Shown piece by piece: positions 18,461 through 27,500 of a stretch of 33,353 nucleotides of DNA. Under the pieces are notes generated by a model, which saw nothing but the letters and a program-made list of their open reading frames with translations, was not told the DNA's origin and searched no databases. How positions within the stretch are numbered: the first letter of the stretch is position 1; each line of letters begins with the position of its first letter. The position numbers were made by a program, and so were the translations under genes. This DNA is from a bacterium (lineage in GTDB: Bacteria; Patescibacteriota; Dojkabacteria; SC72). The DNA lies in the NCBI GenBank assembly GCA_022840695.1, contig JALHDC010000006.1, forward strand, positions 1 through 33,353, given 5' to 3'.

Positions 18461-20251
18461 CTACATCTTCTCCACTACATCAATCCCAAGATTTTTGAGG
18501 CCATCTTTCATAATTAGCATGGTAGCTTTAACAATTAGAAGAAGAATTTCTCTCTGTTCATTTGGAGCATCCAATACATGTACTGCCTGATAGAAGGAGT
18601 TGAAAGACTGACCAAGGGAGAACAGATATTGGCAAAGAATTGATGGAGAATAGTTAGAGGCCGAATCAAGCAGAGCTTTTCTGTATCTGCTAATTTGCAA
18701 GACTAAGTCCTTGGTTTCAGGACTTTCCATACAGGGGTCTATGCAAACATTTTTTGGATTTGCAAGTTTACCTGCTGATTTCAATATAGAATTACATCTA
18801 GAATACACATACATTAAGTATGGACCAGTATCACCATCAAAGGTAATTGATTTCTCAAAATCAAATACTATATCTCTACCAATTGTAACCTTAAGAAATG
18901 CATATTTTATGGCACCAATTGCAATCTTCTCACTTACTCTATTCAAAATTACACCAGAAAGCTCATCATTTGTCTTCATAATATCCTTAACCCTACTCTT
19001 TGTTTCATTTATCAACCACTCTCCGGAAAGTATTCCTCCCTTTCTACTAGACATCTTACTACTCCCAGGAAGCCTAACCTTCCCATGGGCAAAGTGCCTT
19101 ATCTTTTGAGCTACATCATGATCTATCTTACTTAAAGCATCCAAAACTACCTTGAAATATCCACTCTGTTCATCTGCTGTTATAACTACAGATTCGTCAT
19201 AATCCAAAACTTCCTTCTTCTTTAATGCCAAACCTATCTCTTTCGCTTCATATGTAGGAAGACCATGGCTATTAACAAAGACTCTTGTGTGAAGGTTTTT
19301 CTTCTCATCACCACGATATATTATTGCTCCATCATCCTTTTCAAATATTTTTCCAACATACCCTAAAACTGTTTTCAAACCGGCTTCTCCTACTTCACTT
19401 TCAAAGAAATAGTGATCAAATTTCGTTCCAACCTTTTCATATATTTTTTCAAAAAAATCTAAACACCACTGCCTACCCTTTTTATACATTTGAGCAATAT
19501 TTCTTTTTTCATATTCAGAGAAATCTTTTTTCTCTATCGAATCTGAGGTTAGGGAGAAAATATAGTAATTTATTTCATTTACTTCATTTATCACTTCTGG
19601 ATCCTTAACTTCATCATACTGTGTTGATCCGATAACATATGCTTGACCCAGGTACTTTACCCTTTCCTCTAAGGAAAGCTTCTCCAAGTCTTCAAATCTC
19701 TTCTTCTCCTCAGCAAGCTTTTTTTCTAATCCGTACAATGATTTGGCAACATGTAATCCAACATCACCTTGGTAGCATGCCCTTATTACATCCGCTCCTA
19801 CAGCCTCTTGGAGCCTAGAAAACGATTCCCCAACAGCATTGGAATATAGATGCCCTATATGGAACTCTTTGAATGGATTCGCATCCGTATATTCTATAAC
19901 TATTTTTTGTCCATCTTTTTCATCAAACTGTAGATATTCCGTTTTCTCTATTATTTTCGCTATTTCTGCCAAGAAATATCTATTTGAAAGATGGAAATTT
20001 ATAAAACCAGGATTAGCAATATCTACCTTTTCTATATCTATAGCTTCCCCTAGTGAATCTACAATGTTTTGAGCTATCTCCATAGGATTCTTTTTTAAGC
20101 TTGATGCCAGTCTCATTGCAATGTTTGTTGAATATTCACCGTGAGAAGAATCAACAGGTGCCTCTACCTCAATATCCACATTGGAATTATCAATCCCAAG
20201 AGCTTCAAGTGATGATTCTATTAGTTTTTCAATCTTATTTATTATGTCCAT
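18461..20251 (-). CDS. argS: Arginine--tRNA ligase
   Basis: HGEYSTN.AM, PGFINF, EYTDANPFKEFHIGH, KMSSRKG, FDGDTGPYLMY, C-terminal VEKM. Confidence 0.97.
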   Translation of the reverse strand: MDIINKIEKLIESSLEALGIDNSNVDIEVEAPVDSSHGEYSTNIAMRLASSLKKNPMEIAQNIVDSLGEAIDIEKVDIANPGFINFHLSNRYFLAEIAKIIEKTEYLQFDEKDGQKIVIEYTDANPFKEFHIGHLYSNAVGESFSRLQEAVGADVIRACYQGDVGLHVAKSLYGLEKKLAEEKKRFEDLEKLSLEERVKYLGQAYVIGSTQYDEVKDPEVINEVNEINYYIFSLTSDSIEKKDFSEYEKRNIAQMYKKGRQWCLDFFEKIYEKVGTKFDHYFFESEVGEAGLKTVLGYVGKIFEKDDGAIIYRGDEKKNLHTRVFVNSHGLPTYEAKEIGLALKKKEVLDYDESVVITADEQSGYFKVVLDALSKIDHDVAQKIRHFAHGKVRLPGSSKMSSRKGGILSGEWLINETKSRVKDIMKTNDELSGVILNRVSEKIAIGAIKYAFLKVTIGRDIVFDFEKSITFDGDTGPYLMYVYSRCNSILKSAGKLANPKNVCIDPCMESPETKDLVLQISRYRKALLDSASNYSPSILCQYLFSLGQSFNSFYQAVHVLDAPNEQREILLLIVKATMLIMKDGLKNLGIDVVEKM

Positions 20252-20274
20252 TGTTGTAAATATATAATAACATA

Positions 20275-20348
20275 CGCACTCGGAGGGAATCGAACCCCCA
20301 ACCCTCGGTTCCGAAGACCGATGCTCTATCCAGTTAAGCTACGAGTGC
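20275..20348 (-). tRNA. tRNA-Arg(TCG)
   Basis: GCACTCG...TCGGT-CTTCGGA-ACCGA...GGGGG-TTCGATT-CCCTC-CGAGTGC-G. Confidence 0.95.
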
Positions 20349-20446
20349 CAACCAGGGACAGACCTATGCATATAATCTTACCATTTTCGAGTCAAAAAAC
20401 ATAGGAAAACACAGTATCCAAGAAGAAAAAATAGCGGGACTGTCCC

Positions 20447-20520
20447 CGTACCTGGTCGGAATCGAACCGACAACCTTTGGTTCCGCAAACCAATGCTCTA
20501 TCCAATTGAGCTACAGGTAC
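20447..20520 (-). tRNA. tRNA-Arg(GCG)
   Basis: GTACCTG...TTGGT-TTGCGGA-ACCAA...GTCGG-TTCGATT-CCGAC-CAGGTAC-G. An extended -10 (TGATAAAAT) lies at 20540-20532. Confidence 0.95.
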
Positions 20521-20537
20521 ATTATAAGGGCATTTTA

Positions 20538-21389
20538 TCATAAATTATCGAAGTTAATAACTATGTTTCCCTCCTGGTATGTGATTAAATATTGAACATC
20601 TCTAGTTTGGAATTTTTCAAGAGTTTCATAGTGTGGATGTCCAAATTTATTATCTTCTCCACAGGAACAAATGGCTATGTCCGGATTTGTTTCGCTGAGA
20701 AACATGTCAGAGGTTGAGGTTCTGGAACAGTGATGTCCTACCTTGAGTAAATATATATCTTCGAGGTTGTACTTCTCAATTAATTTGTTTTCAACCTCTT
20801 GCTCAGCATCTCCCATAAGCAAAGTCCTGTAGTTATCCACCTCTAAGAGAATGACTACTGATTCATTGTTAATATTCTTTTCTTGGTAAGCTTTCCCTAC
20901 AAAGGGATACAGAATTTCTCCATATATGTTTTTGTATTCGAATACATCTCCCTGCTCTACTTCAACTATCTTTTCTTGATAATTTGTTAGGAGATACTCA
21001 TATGCTCTGTTTTCATACTCTATCCTATTCATGAATATCTGTTCCACACTATATTGATCAAGGACATTAAGTAATCCCCGTATATGGTCATCGTGAGGAT
21101 GTGTTAACACCACTATCTCTATATTTTTGTCATACCAAGGTAACTGTTTGGCTAATTCATATACAATAGCATCATCTGGCCCTCCATCTATCAAAATTTG
21201 AAAGTTATCCTGTTGTATTAATATTGCATCACCTTGACCAATATCAAAAAATATTATCTCTGGGATACTGTTATTGGATTGTTTACTAAAGGTAAAAAGT
21301 ATAACCGTCAAAAGGAGAAATATTGTGTTTACAATATTCTCTAAGAAAAACTTTTTACCTATCTTTAAGATAGTAGTTGTATTTTTCAT
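20538..21389 (-). CDS. ComEC C-terminal-like metallo-beta-lactamase-fold nuclease (stand-alone)
   Basis: FFDIGQGDAILI, LIDGG, LTHPHDDH, NNESVV, LLMGDAE, KVGHH.S, N.FGHPH. Confidence 0.9.
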   Translation of the reverse strand: MKNTTTILKIGKKFFLENIVNTIFLLLTVILFTFSKQSNNSIPEIIFFDIGQGDAILIQQDNFQILIDGGPDDAIVYELAKQLPWYDKNIEIVVLTHPHDDHIRGLLNVLDQYSVEQIFMNRIEYENRAYEYLLTNYQEKIVEVEQGDVFEYKNIYGEILYPFVGKAYQEKNINNESVVILLEVDNYRTLLMGDAEQEVENKLIEKYNLEDIYLLKVGHHCSRTSTSDMFLSETNPDIAICSCGEDNKFGHPHYETLEKFQTRDVQYLITYQEGNIVINFDNL

Positions 21390-23028
21390 TCTCTACAGGG
21401 TAGTAATATATGACAAAAAGGATTAAAACTGTTAATAAGGATATTGAAATTAAATTTTCCAATCCATTTGATATTTTCCAGGATCCAATATTTAAATCTC
21501 CCACTATATTAACGATATATTCAAAATATTTAAGTTGCAAGTTGGCGACAGATATACACAGATATGCCAAAGGTAAATGAAAAGGATAGATTAAAAGAAA
21601 TAGTACACCCCATAACATGGTCCCTTCTATCACTGGTAACACTAAAGCATTAACAGGGACAGACCAAATAGAGAATGTTTTGAAAGTTATTAATGATATT
21701 GGCAATGTTGATAATGTACAGCTCATAGTGGGGATTACATATTCGTCCAAAAATTTTAGTTTCTTTAACAATCTTTTCCTCAGATCTAGCAAAACTGGTG
21801 ATATGTAAACTAAACCTAGTGTAGCCGAGACTGAGAGTATAAATCCGACATCATGTATTATTAATGGATCAAGAAATATAAATATTGCAGATGCTAATGG
21901 TAATGAGATATGCATACTATTCACCCTACCCCAGAAGAGGGAAAACAAAGAGATTGAGGACATGATGCAAGCCCTTACAATAGATGCTGAGAATCCGGAT
22001 AGTATAGCAAAGAGCCATATTACTATTAGGCTAAATATTATTCTTATTTTCTTAGGCAAAAACAGAAATAGTTTGTTTATAAATATCACAAGTATTGTGA
22101 TGTTGTACCCTGATGCAGCGACTATGTGGCTTACACCAGATATCCTAATACTCTCTTCGAAATCACTACTAAAAAGCCTATCACTGCCAAACAGGATCCC
22201 AACCAACAAAGATGCTTGTGGTTCTAACATTATTTTATCTATGTTCTTAATTATTGACTGTTTAAAATCGATCAAGAAGTTCTTTATACCGCTTCCTGCC
22301 CTTCTTCTAGCTATATTTGCACATTCAAACAGAGGATTTTCCATAATTAAAAATATTTGCTTATTCATAAGGTATGTTTTGTAGTCAAAATCAGAGAAAT
22401 TCTCAGGTTCCATGAGGATACCTGTAAATTTACATACTTGCCCTATCTTAAATTTTTCATAATTTTCAGTTTTGATTAGTATATAACCATGATCTTTACC
22501 TAAAGTTTGACCATTTAGGTTAATATCCTCTAGCAATGATGCCTGCATTTCTAAATATCTATGTTTAATAACTGGTTCATTTGTTATATATCCTTCGAAG
22601 GTCACAATCTCGTTTGTGAAACTCACAATACCCGCACTACTCTCCAGATTCTGCTTATTAATTGAACCTAACTTAACAGAAGGAATAATTATTGCTAAGA
22701 AGAGGAAAAGCGATAGTGTAAAAAAGTGAACACAGTTATTTAAAATGATTTTTAATAAAGAGATGCTTTCTTTCTTCCTCTGAATGTTTCTCAAAAGGAC
22801 GAAAGTCATATAAATGATCAGTAACCATACATATCCAGACACAAGTAGACCGATAGTTATTAGGCCATCTATGTTTCTCAGAAATTTTTCCGATAAGAAG
22901 GTTGATAATATATACAAAATTGAATAAAGCAATATTTTATAATCCAATATGTACCTTACCAACCCTCTTATTCTTTTAAATAGCTTCCTTAAAGTCTCTC
23001 TTACTCTGTGCAACATAGTTAAATACAA
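21355..23028 (-). CDS. comEC: ComEC/Rec2 competence protein (OB/DUF4131 + Competence domain)
   Basis: NFSDFDYKTYL, GILFG, GVSHIVAASGYN, SASIVRACIM, DVGFILSVSAT.G and multiple TM helices. Confidence 0.93.
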   Translation of the reverse strand: MYLTMLHRVRETLRKLFKRIRGLVRYILDYKILLYSILYILSTFLSEKFLRNIDGLITIGLLVSGYVWLLIIYMTFVLLRNIQRKKESISLLKIILNNCVHFFTLSLFLFLAIIIPSVKLGSINKQNLESSAGIVSFTNEIVTFEGYITNEPVIKHRYLEMQASLLEDINLNGQTLGKDHGYILIKTENYEKFKIGQVCKFTGILMEPENFSDFDYKTYLMNKQIFLIMENPLFECANIARRRAGSGIKNFLIDFKQSIIKNIDKIMLEPQASLLVGILFGSDRLFSSDFEESIRISGVSHIVAASGYNITILVIFINKLFLFLPKKIRIIFSLIVIWLFAILSGFSASIVRACIMSSISLFSLFWGRVNSMHISLPLASAIFIFLDPLIIHDVGFILSVSATLGLVYISPVLLDLRKRLLKKLKFLDEYVIPTMSCTLSTLPISLITFKTFSIWSVPVNALVLPVIEGTMLWGVLFLLIYPFHLPLAYLCISVANLQLKYFEYIVNIVGDLNIGSWKISNGLENLISISLLTVLILFVIYYYPVENEKYNYYLKDR

Positions 23029-23768
23029 ATTTCATTGGTAAATTTTGCCAATGTAGCCTCTCCTATTCCACTTACATTGAGGAGATCTTCCTTTTTACTA
23101 TATGGTCTACCCTGCATTATCTTGACTGCTGTTGATTCACCTACACCATTCAAGGTGATTAATTGTTCCTTGTTAGCTGTATTAATGTTCACACACTCTA
23201 CACTGCTGTTATTTGTTGTATTATTCGTGGTATTGGATGATTGAGGGGTTGTATTTTGTTCAGTATCTACATATGGTTCAGTGGTTGGAAGGTTTGTTAC
23301 AGGATTATTTATCATATTTTCAATTTTTGAACTTTCATCTACTAGAGGCTGTATTTGACATACGAGTTCCTTTTCAAAAGGGAAATATAGCTTTTGGTAT
23401 TCTACTAAGGGCTGTGCAAGATTTATCCTCCTTGCTATGAATTTTGTGGCTGAATCTTTGGTAAATCCTCCTGCTTTATTAACTGCATCTATTACTAGGG
23501 ACTCTTTTTCTAGACAGTAGACACCTGGAATCCTTACAGAGCCTCCGACATCCACATATATGGTGCATCCTTGTTCTGTTTCTACAACCCTATCTGTCAA
23601 TTTCTTCTCTTTCTCTGATTTAACAGAAATATCTACTTCCTCTAATGGTTTATTATCAAAATTGAAACTTTTTTGTAATACAAAGTGATCAAAGAGAAGA
23701 CCAAGTGTAAATGATATTACAAAGGTTAGGATGAGATAGTAGATGGTTTTCTTCTGTATATTTTGCAT
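23019..23768 (-). CDS. comEA: ComEA DNA-uptake protein (TM + SLBB + helix-hairpin-helix)
   Basis: VDVGGSVRIPGVY, DAVNKAGG, INLAQPL, VNINTA...L..LNGVG..TA, LLNVSGIG. Start at ATG 23768 or TTG 23774. Confidence 0.92.
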   Translation of the reverse strand: MQNIQKKTIYYLILTFVISFTLGLLFDHFVLQKSFNFDNKPLEEVDISVKSEKEKKLTDRVVETEQGCTIYVDVGGSVRIPGVYCLEKESLVIDAVNKAGGFTKDSATKFIARRINLAQPLVEYQKLYFPFEKELVCQIQPLVDESSKIENMINNPVTNLPTTEPYVDTEQNTTPQSSNTTNNTTNNSSVECVNINTANKEQLITLNGVGESTAVKIMQGRPYSKKEDLLNVSGIGEATLAKFTNEICI

Positions 23769-23803
23769 ATACAAAAATATACAGGAGAAAAATTAAATCT
23801 AGA

Positions 23804-24472
23804 TTAAATTTCTATGATTTGAACAGATTCAATGACTACAGGGTTTACAGGTTTATCTCTTGAATCCACCTCTACTCTTTCAATGGAATCTACTACAGCG
23901 AATCCTTTAGTTACTTTTCCAAATATTGTATAACCTCCATCCAAGGCTTGAAGATTTTCCTCTAGGATATTCCCAGATGTTATGAAAAATTGAGAACCGT
24001 TTGTATTTGGACCAGCATTTGCCATCCCCATAGTATATGGTTCGTATTTTCTATCTGTTATCTCATCAGGGATTTGATACCCAGGACCTCCTGTACCCGT
24101 AGCTGTTGGATCTCCTGCTTGTATTACAAATCCTTCTACTACCCTATGGAATATTACCTTATCAAAGAATTTCTCCTTACTTAGAAAAAGAAAACTATTT
24201 ACAGTCTGTGGAGCTTCTCCTTCAAAAAGATCTATTTCAATATCTCCTAGGGATGTTTTTAAGACGGCTTTATAATCTACTCCTTGCTCTAATACAGATT
24301 CAGGTTGTGAATATTTTTTTGGTGTATTTACTATATTTTCTTCTGGCATAATTAATCCTTGTTTTGTTAAAAGAAGTCCGAACATAGAGACTACTAATAG
24401 ACCTAATGCTAAAAGTAATACTTTTTTATTATCTTTTATTGCATCAGATGCTACACTCATATTCTGTATCAT
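23804..24472 (-). CDS. Membrane-anchored cyclophilin-type peptidyl-prolyl isomerase
   Basis: FHRVVEGFVIQAGDP...GTGGPGY, MANAGPNTNGSQFFIT, YTIFGKV, N-terminal TM. Confidence 0.95.
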   Translation of the reverse strand: MIQNMSVASDAIKDNKKVLLLALGLLVVSMFGLLLTKQGLIMPEENIVNTPKKYSQPESVLEQGVDYKAVLKTSLGDIEIDLFEGEAPQTVNSFLFLSKEKFFDKVIFHRVVEGFVIQAGDPTATGTGGPGYQIPDEITDRKYEPYTMGMANAGPNTNGSQFFITSGNILEENLQALDGGYTIFGKVTKGFAVVDSIERVEVDSRDKPVNPVVIESVQIIEI

Positions 24473-24525
24473 TATTAAATATTTATATACTATATACCAT
24501 TAGAGTGTTTTTTTACAACATCTAT

Positions 24526-27500
24526 CTACTCTGTACCAGCCCACCAGAAATTTTGTTTTTGATAACTTCCAAACCATTTCCCATGTCTCATTATTTGATC
24601 CATTGTAGGACCTTCTAATGCTCCCTCGGAATAATCTATCTGTACACTACTCACATATGATGACACATCTGTATCTAGAGTAGTAAAAATTGCTTTATAT
24701 TGAAAATATCTTGCAGAATTAAATGTTTCATCTTGTACCGTCGCTGATGTTAAATACTTGGCACTTACTATATCATCAATCCAAAAGTCAACAGCCTCAT
24801 TTCCCACCTTCCGAAATGTCAACCTTGTAATAGAATCCTTATATTCGGGTAGTACTCCTCTTGTATCTATATACTCTTTTTGCCATTTAAATACCGTTGC
24901 CCCAATACTATACCCAACACTTGGGAATGTACTACCAGTATTCCAACTAGATACAGTTACAGTACCTGTATCACTATTTAAACTATTGATTGTCCCTTGT
25001 GCTGAATATTCTATTCCATCATAATTTTCTTTTATTACAATGCTATCTCCTATATTTAAGTTCTCAATATGACCCGTTGTTCCATAATTGGTTTCACTTA
25101 TTGTAAAAGATTCATCATTTGAACCAGTTATTAAATTGGATGCTTGCAAGTCTGCCTTAAAAGATACACTTATAGTGTGTGTTCTCATTCCAATACTGTA
25201 GGCCTCTCTGATTTCGTCCGCTGTTCTAGCTATATTTGAGATTCTAACCTCGTCAATCTTCCCATCAAATCCCCTGGTGGCACTTACCCAGTTTCCAATA
25301 TTTAAATCTCCAGTGGTTGTAGAAATGGCACCTGTATTTGCCGAGGAGGAAACAAGGAATCCATTTAGATAAAATTTAACAGTAGATCCGTTATATGTAA
25401 CCGCTACATGACTCCATTTCCCTAATGGAGGAATAACATAGGAGTATGTTGTAATAGTAGATGTACCATAGAATCGTGCTATCAGACCGTAACCACTAGC
25501 ACTACTCATAGATAGGCTGTACTGATTATTCTCTCCCTTCTCTACTATCCTATTCCAAGAGCCTGTACTATCAATACTATCGGGATTTATCCAGGCCTCA
25601 ATTGTTATATTATTCACAATATTTAATGCTGGACTATTTGCAATGGTCACTCTATCTGTTCCAGCAGCAAAGTCCCTAGCACTACCAATTTTTCCGTTAG
25701 TAGAGTATGTTGTACCAGTTGGAGTTCCATTTAAGCTACTCCCTCCACTTTCTTTAATGTAGGCCCCTGTTCCTGATTCTTCATCTAAATGCCATAATCC
25801 TACAGTATTCGAGTCTGGTTCATTATTTACATATGCATTTCCTCCATATGTTAAATCTAGGTTATTGCCGAGAGTATCACTTGCAATCCAAATTGGTATT
25901 TTTGAATAATTACTCAAATCCATGGCGGAGATATTCTTTGATATCTCATAGCCCCTACCAAGTCTATACTCTTCAACAATTTCTTCGGATGTTCTCTCCA
26001 CATTTGAGATTTTAACTTCATCCAGCACCCCATTGAGCCACTCCGCATCGTTAACAATTCTACCAAAATTGAATACTGCTGCATTAGCGATATCTCCCCA
26101 ACTTCCATCGTTACTTCCACGACCCATAGTTACAGTTTTAGAAACACCATCCAAATATATTTTATATGTTGAGCCATTAGCTATTATTGCAACATGATGC
26201 CATTCACCATCGACTAATTCAGCTCTTGTAGCTGTAGTGTAGCAGACACGATTAGTATCTGTACCACTACGGCGTGTAGCAATAGTTATCAATTCATTCG
26301 TACAATAACTCGTACAGTTATTTCCTAAACAAATGCCGTTGAAAGCAGAATTGTCTGCATTTGCCAAAAACACAGCATAGCCACCGTTGTCATCAGTTGT
26401 TTTTATCCAAAATGATACTGTTATGGATGCAACATCTACTGAAGAGGCATATGTTGAGAGATTGATATAATCATCAGTTCCATCGAAATACCTTCCTCCT
26501 TTTACCTTCCCCACAGAGTATGCGGTTCCAACAGGGGTACCATTATTTCCACTTCCACTATAGTCTTTTAGATATGCCCCACTCCCTGCTGTTTCGTCGA
26601 ACTTCCAATATCCGATTGTGTTTGAATCACTTTGAATACTTCCTATTTCGGCTTTTAAACTCCCCTGTCCTTCCATATATATACTTTCGTTCTGGGTATC
26701 AACTTTTGCTGTTGGCTCAGGAAGAGAGTATTTCCTCAACCTTATGTTATCAACCCTCATCGTATTGGCAGCATAAGTAGTGTACTGACCAAAGGAAATA
26801 GATAATTTGTTTATTGTTGGAATATTCGCAGAATTGTTGTAATTAATCGTACCGTTCTTAGAGTATGTTAAATTGGAAGATTCATTCCTTGTTTCCCTTA
26901 CAGATGTCCAGGTCCCACTTGTAAGACATTGTGCACCATCTGCTGTACAAGCAGAATACAAATTACCTACAGAGTCGTATAGATATTCATGACTCTCTGC
27001 TGTAGCTGCATGATTGTCTACATAATAGATATAGTTGTTAACAGTGTTGTCATTTTGAAGAGCTATTTTTAAGGTTGCCAAACCAGAGGAAACTACTTGC
27101 CAATATACACTTATGTCAAATATAAAACCTTCCGTTTCTGATATTATATTCTCTAAATCGGCTGTTATGGTTGGTCCATGGTAGGAACCATTATTTGTTC
27201 CAAAACTAGACGGATAAGCATATCCTGAAATTGCCGATACTGTACCAGTACTAGATGTTGTCCATTTACTAGAATCAAAGGAATCAAAATCTTCATAAAG
27301 AAGATATGTGGTCTCTGCATTACTAGCACTCCCACCAGTACAGCTTCCATACCACATATACACCTTACCAACTGATTGACTTGGTATAGAATCAACCTCT
27401 AATAAAATGTTAGCAGTCTTAGAATCTGTATATGAGGATATAAAGTAATCTAAGTCGGTACCTGAGGAATTAGTAAACCTTAAGTCGGAGAAATCTGATG

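Noticed and set aside
6931-20520. Integrated element or prophage at the tRNA genes
   Set aside because: No integrase, no duplicated tRNA 3' end was noticed, and the flanking genes are housekeeping.
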